DNA from: Eledone cirrhosa
Lineage: Eukaryota
NCBI GenBank assembly: GCA_964016885.1
Contig: OZ024753.1
Location: 1,984,001-2,048,000 of the forward strand
DNA length: 64,000 nucleotides
Direction: 5' to 3'
Positions 26,388 through 38,160 of this stretch are shown here, in pieces. The first letter of the stretch is position 1, and every line of letters begins with the position of its first letter. Under the pieces are notes generated by a model. That model had not been told where the DNA came from. It worked only from the letters and a program-made list of their open reading frames with translations, and did no database searches. A program made the position numbers and the translations under genes.

Positions 26388-27480
26388 TTATTCACTAAGT
26401 GGCACTCTGTACAAAAATTCACCATTCTCATCATAATATGCATCATCCTTTTTGTAGACAGTACCTTTTCCCCGTTTAGCATGTTCAGGAATATTTATAG
26501 AATCTTGAACAGTAAAGCCAGAAAAATCAGGCCTTCTGTTAGGATTATCTGTAGTAGATGTAACACGATATCTTGACTTGGGTAGTAATTCCTCTAACAG
26601 ACAATTTTCCGAATTTTCAGAGTTTTCTTTGTCTTTGTGAACATGGTCAGTCTGTAATTTTGTATTGGCATTCTTTACCTTTTTAGTACCAATCAACTGA
26701 TAGGCTTCAAGGTAAGTAAGGTCAGAGAAGGTAATTTGGCCACTCTTTATTTCTCTCCGTATTTTTCTAGGAACCTTTTTCAGATGTTCTTCTGTTATTT
26801 GAACAACTAAACTTTGAGAAGGTTCTAAGCTAGAACTAGTTTGGCTAACATCCTTCTCTTTTATATTGTAATTAATTGACGACAAATCTATCTCTGACTG
26901 CTCACTTTCCTCTTTAGGTATCTTTTGGTTTGATGTTAGAAGCTTAACTGAAGCTTGCTTGACAACTGTATCACAAATATAGTTTGGATTTTCAGAAAAT
27001 CTTTTATAATTTTGTAAAATACTTTCAAATCTACCAACTTTCTCCTCAGAATTTATCTTTGATTTGCTAACCATTTCAGAAGACATTTTTGGAGCTTCCA
27101 CTAAACCGCCAGCATTTTTTAGTAATTCCAATTTACCAGAATCTACCAGTTGTTTGAATTCAAGACTAACTGGTCCTTCATTTAAGGAAAGTTCTTCCTT
27201 CAATCTCTTCAATCTCATTTTTATTTTGGAATCATGTTTCAAAATTTCCTCAGGAGATGTTCTCATATAACTGGATCCTAGCAATTTAAGGATGCCTTCT
27301 TTACTAATAGGAAAGCTCTGAGACAGTCGCTCTGCTGTCCATTCTTCAGGATATTCAGAATTTAAGAAACGAATTTGTTCTTTAGCTTTCCATGTTAAGA
27401 AGTTTACTTCGAGGGGTTTTTTGAAGTATTTGCGCTCTAAGATCTTTAGCTTCAGTTTTTTGTTACCTTGTTTAATTAAT
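26388..27480 (-). CDS. NGRN: Neugrin-like mitochondrial protein, coding exon 2 (last)
   Basis: Acceptor ttttctttcag at 27481; LTWKAKEQIRFLNSEYPEEWTAERLSQSFPIS...LKLL matches the neugrin motif; C-terminal YYDENGEFLYRVP; stop 26388-26390. Confidence 0.88.
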
Positions 27481-28482
27481 CTGAAAGAAAACAAAGGTAG
27501 AAAAAAAAAAATGAAATTCTCAGATTGTTACAATTTTACTGAGGCCCTAATCTTTGCTTACAATAATATCTTGATTTCAAACTTTATTCCATACCAGTAT
27601 ATTAATCCTTTTGTTATATTTCTAATGAAATATACTGCTTGTGTGTCTCAATTAATTTTGAAAGTAATCAAATATTTGCATGAATTTAATAAAATAGCTC
27701 ACTTTTTCACGAGTAAGCTGATATTTAGAACATTGCTTAACAAAAATTTATTTAATGAGGTCATGAGGGAATAATTTAATAAAAGTATAAATATTTTAAA
27801 ATGTGTCCAAACAGTTTCCGTCTACACAACTAAATTTACAATAATTCACAAGAGTTTATAGTAAATGGAATTTGCCTAAAATCCCATGCAGTGGGATCAA
27901 AGTCGGGGCCTGATGATCGAGAAGCTATCTTCTTAAACATTTAGTCATGTTGCGTCCACAATGCCCACATATTGAACGATTGAGAATCCGTTAAGTCTGC
28001 CAATCAAAAAAGTTTCAACAGATCATTAATCGATTTATATACCACAATCACTAGAGTATGACACGGTACCCTCAGATCAGGTGCTGACAGCACCTACTCC
28101 TCGATATGACATAATACTAAACCCTCACTCCCACATCAGAATAACCTTGTTAGATATTACTTTACAACTAAGTTGAAATCGGTGGCCAGTATCCCGTCTT
28201 AAAGATTACAAAGCTGGTTGTTTCGTGATCCAAAGAAAAAAATAATGTATCCTCACACGTTGGGGTTTTTCCCATGGACCCTCACCCTTAGAAAAACTAT
28301 GGACAACTTTACCGTTAAATTTAGATACACCCCTTATATTTAGTTACCTATAAAGCATTTGTTCTGAAGGCCGACGTCAATTCAATTAAAAGTCATCTCT
28401 CTCTCTCCCTCACACACAGGTACACAAACACACACATAGGTACACAAACACACACACGTAGGTACACAAACACACGTATTAC

Positions 28483-28736
28483 CTTTCAAAGTCAAATTTA
28501 GATCGAAGATTGTTTTCGCGACTGTTAAAATAATCATCAAAACATTCCTCTGAATTATCAGGATCCAAAATCGTCATTTCGTGATTTTCAATTGGTATTT
28601 CAAGAGAGTTTAATGGTACTTTATGTCTCCTTGCATAACCACGATTAAAACCAATAGTTGATGGGTACAAATAGAAGAACTTATTATATCTTGGAGACAA
28701 GACTTGACTAGAGAGAATATACAAACACTTGGACAT
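28483..28736 (-). CDS. NGRN: Neugrin-like protein, coding exon 1 (mitochondrial-presequence-like N-terminus)
   Basis: ATG 28736 MSKCLYILSSQVLSPRY...; donor AG|gtaat phase 2 matches exon 2; joined CDS 1347 nt (448 aa). Confidence 0.8.
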
Positions 28737-29298
28737 GGTTAATTTACCCTTTGCGAGAGAGTTCACTGATGCAACACCGTCGGTGTAAACCTAAATTATG
28801 TCAATGTTGTAGTGTTGGTTTTTTGCTAAGTTATTTTCTAAGTTTCATCAACATACTTGTATAAAAAATTATAATAATATAATATTTACAGAACGAAAAT
28901 ACAAACACAAATGATATATGCAAATATAAACGCATAAAAGGAAAATAAAAAAGTATTTCACATATTGTGATGTCTCATCTTTCTTAAAAGTTAGAATGAT
29001 ATAATTAAGTTGTTCACGAAGAGAGAGGGACAGTGGTGTTGTAGATGCGTTGTGGTTATTTATTTCTATGTTTACCCATATCGAGATAACCTACAGTCAA
29101 AAATATTCTAGCCGAAACCGTTTTGTCCGTCCCTCAAGACAGAATATTTAGAATGACATCATTTAATTTGTCCTGTATTTTTAAGTTTAGTGGCTGCTCA
29201 ACCTACTATCACTCGTAGGTTGAGCGGCCACATAATTTTAGATTTGTGTGTGTGTTTATAGTCAAGTCCGATGCATATTTTATATATATAATTATTTT

Positions 29299-29465
29299 TT
29301 CCAGCCTGTGGTGTTCGAGACGTTTAGTGGAGGTGGGCCGCTGACAGAGAAGTTCTTGTCATCACTGAGGTGTTATGTGATGCCCATGAGGGTGCCTGAT
29401 TATTTCAGCGTCTTAGCCTCGCCATCACTCGTGGTAATGCTGCGAGCGTGCTGGAATGCCTCAAA
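29299..29465 (+). mobile_element. CRE-clade non-LTR retrotransposon C-terminal (restriction-like endonuclease) fragment
   Basis: FQPVVFETFSGGGPLTEKFL ... LFQRLSLAITRGNAASVL (frameshifted) resembles the CRE consensus F.P.A.ET.G..G...QRLS.AIQRGNAAS. Confidence 0.7.
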
Positions 29466-30887
29466 GTGTTTAGTTAACCCCTAAGATGTGAGGTGCGACC
29501 AATTGTCGCGCTTGGTGGTGAATTTCCCCTCCCCTTTTTTTCCTTTATTATTATTGTTCAATGAGTTATACAAATGCTATTTTCATAATAAAAAAACGCA
29601 CCTTTAATCCTTTTATATACACATGTATACTAATTTAATTGTCGACATAACCATCGTCATAATATTACAAATAAAAAGGGAAAGGAAAAAAGCAACAGAA
29701 GCAGATAATACCCACATCTAGGACCACATACAACAAAAGGCAAGCGAAGGGGGTGAACAAACGAACCTCTGCCAGTACAATGGATAAGGATATCGCGAGG
29801 AGCACTTGAAAACCTCTAATAATTTTTAATTAATAATTTAATTTAAAATTAAAACTAACTAATTCTTCAAAGCACATAATGTTGCTATTAAAAAAACGAA
29901 ATGACATTTAAATGTATACATAATATATACGTATGTATATGTACACGAATCGAACATGCTTCGCTAGATTTATAACGTACGAGTAATTGAACAACGAACT
30001 CCAGATTTGAGAGAAAATCTGGGCATTGGAAGATAAATGCGTGTGTGCAGATATTTGGTTCAAATGTAGTCCAGGGGAGATAATCAAAGTAAGTCGTGTG
30101 CAGTCAACTGTCGTCTGCTGAGTAGTACTGAACCAGTTTAAATCTTCTTAAAACTAATAACATGCATTTGCAGCAATAGTACGAATTAAGAATGGTGGAG
30201 TGTTAATAGTGGATGGTTAGAGACTCGGTAATTTTACCATTTACCCTTGCGTTAGAGGTAGAAAGCCCATATAACACACCAGTCAGTGACTCTTGACTTT
30301 TCGTACATCCGAGATTAACAGAATAAACAACTAAAATAAAATGTTTTATAAAACTACCACATAATTATAATTATTTTTACCTATATAAAATTACTTTAAA
30401 AATATATACACTGCCCAAATTTACCCGTTTTATGACGAGTTACACGCGATTGTACATACACACAAATCTTCCTAAAAAATAAACACCTAAATGTCTTTAA
30501 ATAAATATAAACGTTAACACAGGGAACTTACCTTGGATGTATTCCATCATAACAGCACATTCGGCTTCCCAGCATCTTGTATAGTCAAAGGTGAAATATA
30601 TATATAGCAGTTCAAAATCCGGATGCTGGTTAATCCATGGTAATCCATGTTGAGAGTAATTATCCAGGTTCGAATGGCAGGTTGGCCGCGTAAGCATAGG
30701 AAAATAGTTGATAAATGAAACAAAACAAACACAGTCGTATTAGGTTCATTCTTGGAGGAAGTGGAGGTGTGTTTGAATTTTAAAAGACTAATTGTTTATT
30801 TGCTTGGTTTAAGATATGTCTATAGTACTAAAACATCACTGCGTTTCTCCACCTTTTTAACATTAACAACAAACGAGTTGAATTAAC

Positions 30888-30970
30888 TGATGCCCGTGAA
30901 GGTGCTTGGCTGTTTCAGCGCATCAGCCTCGACATCACCCGAAGTAACGCTGCGAGTATGCTGGTGGCCT
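30888..30970 (+). mobile_element. Second CRE-clade 3' fragment
   Basis: DAREGAWLFQRISLDITRSNAASMLVA*. Confidence 0.65.
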
Positions 30971-31119
30971 AAAAAATTATTAGAGGTTTTCCAGTGCTCC
31001 TCGCGATACAGTTATCTTTTGCTCTGGCAGCGGTTCGTTTGTCCACCCCTTTCGCTTGCCTTTTGGTGTATGTGGGCCTGCTGGTGTGTGCGCGCGTATT
31101 ATTTGTTTGTAATATTATG

Positions 31120-31292
31120 GCAGTATCGGTAGAGGGTCGCACGCCATGCTTTGCAGCATAGAGTTACGGACCTTACGGTCTGAGTTCAAATCTCGCCGAG
31201 GTTAACTCTGCCTTTCATCCTTACGGGGTCGATAAAATAAAGTACCAGTAATACACTAGGATAATTGCTGGCATTGTGCCAAACGTAGAAAC
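31120..31292 (+). mobile_element. tRNA-derived SINE with target-site duplication
   Basis: aatattatg at 31111-31119 and 31293-31301; the inverted paralogous site near 29655-29670 is empty. Confidence 0.85.
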
Positions 31293-32147
31293 AATATTAT
31301 GATGACGGTTATGCTAACATAAAATTGACTATTGTATGTATTTGACAATATTTTAACGTATGTATCTAATATTTTAGAGTGAAATTCTTCTTTAAATAAA
31401 CATTGATTATTTAAAAAAATTTAAACTTCACCATTAAATTGTGTTTAAAACATTTGTGGCTTTATATACACGAAATCAACATTTAGAATGTATGCAACCT
31501 AACATGACATTCAACTAAAAGCCTCTGTGGAAACTATGTTTCTTTCCTCGTGTATAATATCATATCCGGTTGGATTATTTTGATTTTACCGCTCACATTT
31601 CATAGTCTTCTTCAACTAATATTTATGAATTCTGCAATTTAAATTTATTAATATCAGGTATTCCAATAATCCTTTTGGTGTAACTACAGTTTAGTTACTC
31701 CTCTAAATTTATGTCCTTATAACTTTCATAAGAATGCATTTTATGTAATAGATTTTGCAGGGATACGTTTTCGAATGAAGAGATTACTGTTTTTGAAAGA
31801 ATGTTTTTATTTTACGTAATTCATAGTTGTAGAAATGATATTATCCTATTTAAAAAAAACATCTGACATTATCGGAATTGATATTGTTTATTATCAACAT
31901 GAAATTATAAGGTGTGATGAAAAATAATGTCCAACGTTATGTTTACATATTACAAACAGATCGAAAGATCGAACTTTACAATAATGGAAGTATAATAAAC
32001 TAATTATACCGGCATTTATTTTTATTTTCTCTTAAAAGTGTTTCGTATTGACCGAACACAAATTTATCGTTTTGTTTATGTTTATATATTTATAATGTGT
32101 TCTGCAATTTGTGTTGTACACTTACTATATATATATATATATATACA

Positions 32148-32348
32148 ATTATAGGTGGATTCGGGTAGTGATCACAATAAAAAAAACGTACTGAATACAT
32201 TTGTAGAGTATAGGCATCTTTATTTTATATAGAAATCTTTTCTACTGGACTAGAACTGTTTCAGTTCATTTAGAATCATCAGGAAAGGACTTTCATGGTG
32301 ATTTCATACGAATGAAACAATTCTAGTCTTGTAGAAATCATTTCTATA
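32148..32348. mobile_element. Head-to-head pair of hammerhead-bearing elements (full - copy, partial + copy)
   Basis: Minus copy has CTGATGA (32276-32282)...GAAAC...GTA plus the same tail as 14150-14215; plus copy 32291-32337 has a mutated core (ATGGTGA); flanked by (TA)n. Confidence 0.7.
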
Positions 32349-32382
32349 ATATATATATATATGTGTGTGTGTGTTGGTGATG

Positions 32383-32413
<31 letters not shown>

Positions 32414-33457
32414 ATGTAAATGATCTAGCACTTATTGTTTACGTTGCTAAGACCTAAGACGGAAGACCACCTACTTGTATATTATGTAAAATATATAACA
32501 CTTGTTACTGTATTTGTACAAATATTGCAACATTTTCTTTACAGTCCAAGCTACATTTCAAAAGGCAAACATAAAATGATAATACTTGTACAATAGAAAA
32601 GTAAGTACAATAACATGGTTACATATAACACATTAGTCCCCTATAATATAATACTTGACTGGTATTTATTTTATCAACCCCAGAAGGATGAAATTGAAAG
32701 GTTACATTAACAGAATTTGGACTCAGAACATAAAGAGGCAGTACAAATACTGCAATGACATTTTATCTGATGGTCTACTAATTCTGTCAATCCACCACCC
32801 TTGATATATGCATGGTCCCATAACTTCTCATGGGGTCATAGGGACGCTGTAATGGCGTTTCTATGGCATATTAAGCCTGGTGGAGCCCACCCGCCTCCGG
32901 GTCTGAATAAAGCATATTTCTTCCAGAGAAGGATAGAAAGTGAGAAAGAGATATTAGAGGAAGAATTGGCCCCAGTACTTGACTGGTACTTTTTATTATC
33001 AAACCCGAAAGGATGAAAGGCAAAGTTGACCTCGCTGAGATTTGAACTCAGAGAGCAGAAAGCCAGAACGAATACTGCAAAGTATTGTATCACCCTTGAT
33101 ATATATTATTACTAAAACAATAAAGAAAGTGTTAGGAAAGCTGGTATTGGGATAAAATGGATAAACACAGAAAAACAAAGTTTTCTGTTCTCATCATCTT
33201 TGCCTGTGTTGTGTGTGTGGCATGAGCAGACCAATTATAACAGCTGTTCTGCTTCATCTACCTCTGATCTATTATTTGATGCTTGACTTATGCCTGTTTG
33301 TTTTATTTTGTCATCCTTTTTACCCTAGTTCCCCATTGTACTGACTTTCTCAACACTCTTTATTGTTTATTACATACCTCACAATACTTCATATCAACTA
33401 TACTGTTTTATTACTATTCTTTTTTTAAATTTTAAATTTTTTTTTTCAAATATCTAG

Positions 33458-33664
33458 ATGTCAATCATGGCAGAGCCAGTTATTGAGTTTAAGTTGAAAA
33501 ACCCACCTACTGATGGTATTTCAGCTGTAAAATTTGGACCAAATTCTAATCAGTTTTTGCTTGTGTCATCATGGGATACCAGTGTTCGCCTTTATGATGT
33601 TGTTACAAACAACATGAGAATGATGTATAACCACAGTTGTGCTGTTTTGGATTGTTGCTTTCAT
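33458..33664 (+). CDS. BUB3: Mitotic checkpoint protein BUB3, coding exon 1
   Basis: MSIMAEPVIEFKLKNPPTDGISAVKFGPNSNQFLLVSSWDTSVRLYDV...LDCCFH; donor gtgagt; AG immediately before the ATG implies an upstream UTR exon. Confidence 0.95.
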
Positions 33665-33840
33665 GTGAGTAAAATGCTACAATCACTGTTTAACTTTTTT
33701 CATACCAAGCTTCCTGAAACTGCCCCTATAATAACAAGACAGTTTGTTTTACAGTGTTTATGCTTATTTTAAAACTTTCTATCATAATTTTATGGAAGAA
33801 CCATACTACTGGTGTGTTGGTTATGTGCTAGGCACATAAC

Positions 33841-33871
<31 letters not shown>

Positions 33872-34403
33872 ATGTAAAATACAATTAAAAAAAGGAGCGT
33901 CTGCTGCGAAGTGGGGACGAATAGGTCGGAGAATACATTATATTGTTATTAATAATTTAGCATTAAAAAATATATATATTGCCACGAAAAAAGCCATAAA
34001 ATCACAGAAGATATTTACGATTCCGTGAATGCCAGGTGTACACTGTATGTATATATATATTATATATATATACACAGAGAAAGAAAGACAGACAGAGTGA
34101 GAGAAACAGACATACAAAGAAAAAGAGAAAGAAACAGAGTGAGAGACTCTGGTTCTATGAAATAAAATCATCCATTTTAAAGGTTTCCAATTTATATTAA
34201 AATCGTCCAACATTTTATATAAGAACCTTACATTAAGTTAGTAATGAAATAATTAATATATATATATGTGTGTGTTTGTGAAATCCCTAACCCTATTTAG
34301 TTATCTAACAGTTATTGCTATCTTCTCTAGAAACAAATATTTTTATGAAAGCAACAGATGCAGATGGTTTGAGTCTAATGTTAAATTTTCATTTTTATCT
34401 TAG

Positions 34404-34473
34404 GATTCGGTACATGTTTACAGTGGTGGCATTGATAATACATTGAAATCCTTTGATTTCAATGCTAATGCAG
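34404..34473 (+). CDS. BUB3: BUB3 coding exon 2
   Basis: ttag|DSVHVYSGGIDNTLKSFDFNANA|gtgggt; phases consistent. Confidence 0.93.
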
Positions 34474-34659
34474 GTGGGTATTATTTTTTGTTGGATATAG
34501 TAAAACATAACATCTTAACTCTCAATAAGATTTATAGTATTATTACATATAATGTATCCTTGCTATTTTATATTGATTTAATTTTGGGCTCTATTTCTTA
34601 TGCTTGTCTTACTACTTACTGCTGTATATATCTTCTGTTAGTTTGCATAAATGGCAGGG

Positions 34660-34905
34660 CATGGATGAACTGAAAGAAAAACTGGGTATAAGAAGAATTA
34701 GATGTAGTGTGTAAGAGAGATGAGAAGACTGTACTGGTATAGTCATGATGCCTATGGAAGGTGAACACTGGGTGAAGAAGTGTGATGTGATGTAGTTGGA
34801 AGGAAGCTGTGTTAAAGGAAGACTGAGAAACATGTGGGTACACAGGTGGCGATAGCTGATATCAAAACACTGAGCCTCACAGTGAATGGAGGCTGTGCTG
34901 GAAAG
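34660..34905 (+). mobile_element. RTE-type LINE fragment in BUB3 intron
   Basis: Homologous to 26005-26325 (gatgaactgaaagaaaactggg...gactgtactggtat). Confidence 0.65.
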
Positions 34906-35053
34906 GATAGTTTACTCTACTGCACCTTCTGACACTTCTTCAGTCTAAATAAAAAGTGATTTTTATTTGTATGCAGTTTTCCTTGTTTGATGGACTGTGC
35001 TTTTGAGTTTTATAATTTTACTTTTACACATTTGTACTTCTCTTTATTTACAG

Positions 35054-35205
35054 AGACTATTGTTGGTAAACATGATGCACCGATACGTTGTGTAGAGTAT
35101 TGTTCCAGTGTGAATGTTATTGTGACTGGAAGTTGGGATCATAGTGTCAAACTCTGGGATCCTCGATCTCCAGCAAGTTCTGGGGGACTTGCACAACCAG
35201 ATAAA
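35054..35205 (+). CDS. BUB3: BUB3 coding exon 3
   Basis: ETIVGKHDAPIRCVEYC...VTGSWDHSVKLWDPR...QPDK|gtaagt. Confidence 0.95.
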
Positions 35206-35409
35206 GTAAGTCAATTTATTTTAGAATCCTCTACTTAGATTACTGCTAAAATTTAAGGTTCATGTATTGTTCATTTTTTTAACTCTTTCACTTGTTTCAG
35301 TTATTAAACTGCTACACCATCTTCATTTAGTTGATCTTATTAACTCTTGAATATTATTCAAGTCTGGTACATATTTTATCGATCTCTTTCCTGTTGAACT
35401 GTTAAGTAA

Positions 35410-35545
35410 CAAGACCTAAATACAAACAGACATGTGGCACAGGACATAAATACAAACACAGACATGTGGTACAGGACCTAAATACAAACACAGACATCTG
35501 GTACAAGACCTAAATACAAACACAGACATGTGGTACAGGACATTA
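35410..35545. repeat. ~31-bp tandem repeat, 4 copies
   Basis: gacctaaatacaaacacagacatgtggtacag. Confidence 0.85.
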
Positions 35546-35766
35546 AGAGTTAATATTTTGATAAAGGTGTCCTGTAATGATTTAGTTGAAGATATCTAAA
35601 TCAGGTTTGTTAATTCAAATGTTTATAGTATCTTTACAAGAATTTTTAGTGCAAACATTTTAAAATGGGCAGTTTTGTATCATAAAAGGGTTGTTTCAGG
35701 CAGTTTGATATTAAATGGGTTAAAGTTTAGAAATGTATAAAAATGTTATATACATTACATTTTTAG

Positions 35767-35950
35767 GTATACACCTTAGCTGTATGTGGTGACAGGTTGG
35801 TTGTTGGCACTGCTGGAAGAAGAGTTCTTGTTTGGGATTTGCGAAACATAGGCTATGTACAACAACGAAGAGAATCAAGCTTAAAATTTCAAACTCGATG
35901 TATTCGATGTTTTCCAAACAAACAAGGATATGTCTTAAGCTCAATTGAAG
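35767..35950 (+). CDS. BUB3: BUB3 coding exon 4
   Basis: [27 protein letters not shown]...[28 protein letters not shown]|gtcagt. Confidence 0.95.
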
Positions 35951-36524
35951 GTCAGTTTTTGTTTTCTTCTCTAATATATTCAAGTTTCAATAATGTGGGG
36001 GAAAGATAGTCCAATATCTTATCCACTCAACTATCAACTCATAGATACTTTTAATAATAATTTTTTCACATTTTTGTAATAATTCAATGATGGAAGCTTT
36101 TAGTATTGAGTGTAAACATTTTAAAATAGGCAGTTTTGTGTCATAAAAGTAGGGCAGTTTCAGGCAGTTTGATATTAATGGGTTAAATTATAGAAATGTA
36201 TAAAAATGATATACATTTCTAAAATTTAACCATTTTAATATCAATCTCTCTAGTGTTGATACCATGAAAAATGTACCTAGTACACTGGGTAAGGTGTTTA
36301 GCAAGAGGAATGGCATCTAGCTGTAAAAACCTTGCTAAACAAAAGACCAAGAGGATTCTTCAGTTGTGTCATCTTTAGCCATGTCTTCCTTGGTCTTGCC
36401 CTTCCTCTACTTCCATATACATAAAGAGTATGTAAATCAACTTACTATTAGATGAAAATTAACCCCTCGGTTAGTAACTAGTTTATACTTATTTTTTAAT
36501 ATATGCTCTACCGATCTTTTTTAG

Positions 36525-36744
36525 GCCGAGTTGCAGTTGAATACCTTGATCCTAGTCCTGAAGTGCAGAAAAAGAAATATGCTTTCAAATGTCATCGAAT
36601 TAAAGAAAATGGTGTTGAGAAAATTTATCCTGTGAATTCCATTGCATTCCACAACACTCATAACACATTTGCAACTGGTGGGTCTGATGGGTTTGTAAAT
36701 ATCTGGGATGGTTTCAACAAGAAAAGACTCTGTCAGTTTCATAA
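36525..36744 (+). CDS. BUB3: BUB3 coding exon 5
   Basis: [25 protein letters not shown]...[26 protein letters not shown]|gtaagt. Confidence 0.95.
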
Positions 36745-36878
36745 GTAAGTTCATGCAAAATTTTATGCAGATTGCAATTTTAATAATTTCAATTTTAGTT
36801 TGCAGGTTAAAACATAAAACTATTATAGTACTTGGTGTGTTTTATATATATTTGTGTACTGGGTGTGTTTTATATATA

Positions 36879-37066
36879 CTAGATGAGGGCGACGTCTCTC
36901 TCTCTGTATAGATGAGGGAGACATCATAACTTTCTGTTGCCTAAAAAACACACGGAGTTCCCTTTTCTCTCTATCTATGTACATATATCTCACTTGACAC
37001 TCCCACTCTATATAAAGTGAGCATGACAGACGAACAAACAGACAGACAACGCTCTTATAATATAGA
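36879..37066 (-). mobile_element. Short non-autonomous Helitron in BUB3 intron 5
   Basis: Minus strand begins TCTATATTATAAGAGCG..gtctgtctgtttgtt and ends CTAG, inserted between A and T with no TSD; 3' hairpin unclear. Confidence 0.6.
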
Positions 37067-37191
37067 TTTATATGTGAAGAGAAAGGACTACTGATAATTC
37101 TTGCTACATAAGTGCATGACAGCAAATGTTTGTAAAAATCAAATCAAATGCTTAAAAGAAATCTAAAGTAAATATTTTTATTGTTTTTTAG

Positions 37192-37351
37192 ATATCCAAC
37201 AAGTATATCTTCATTGGCTTTCAGTCATGATGGTAGCACCCTTGCCATAGCCTCTTCATATATGTTTGAGTCTGATGAAATGAAGGAATACCCTGAAGAC
37301 ACTGTATTCATCCGTAATGTCACTGATCAAGAAACAAAACCTAAATCATAA
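37192..37351 (+). CDS. BUB3: BUB3 coding exon 6 (last)
   Basis: YPTSISSLAFSHDGSTLAIASSY...FIRNVTDQETKPKS*; joined CDS 993 nt (330 aa). Confidence 0.95.
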
Positions 37352-37744
37352 GATGTATATTTTCTTCATTTTCATTTGAAATTTTAATTATATTAAATTA
37401 ATAAAATATATATTGTTGTGGATTTTATTCTTTTGTTGGGAGAGAGAGAGAGAGAGAGAGAGAAAGAATTTATAAGCTGAGTCTGTAAAAAATTTAGGAA
37501 AAATTGTAAACATATGTTGCTCCCTTTTTTCCCTGACCATATAAAAAACAAAAAACGAGTTGTAGTTTCTTTGAAGCATTGTGGAAAATGAGCCACACAC
37601 AGGACTAGATATGTCCTCTCTGAGGTTCTCATTGGTTCCCTTGATAATGGATGTTACATGAGAAATATATTGGAACTAATAAATATATCCAAAGTAACAT
37701 CTTGTTGTCTTCCTCTTTCCACTGAACCTCACTCCTCACGTTCG

Positions 37745-38160
37745 CCACCATCATCATAACTGTTTAACGTCCATTATTCCACACTAGCCTGGGTTAGACG
37801 AGTTGCTCTGTTGTGAACAAGCCAGATCAGCTGTGTCTTGCTTGGTTTCTACGGCTCGATGTCCTTCCTAATGCCAACCACATTTACAGTGTGGACGGTG
37901 CGTTTTATTATGGGACCAAAACGCCCACTTTACAGTGGACGGTGCTTTTTATCATGACACCTACTTGACCACTTTACAGTGTGAGTTGGGTGCTTTTTAT
38001 CATGACACCTACATGACCATTTTACAGTGAGTTGGGTGCTTTTTATCATGACACCTACATGACCACTTTACAGTGAGTTGGGTGCTTTTTATCATGACAC
38101 CTACATGACCACTTTACAGTGTGAGTTGGGTGCTTTTTATCATGACACCTACATGACCAC
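37745..38160 (-). repeat. RTE-tail repeat with an internal ~44-bp minisatellite expansion
   Basis: ttacagtgagttgggtgctttttatcatgacacctacatgaccac repeated ~5 times after a ccttcctaatgccaacc tail motif. Confidence 0.75.
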
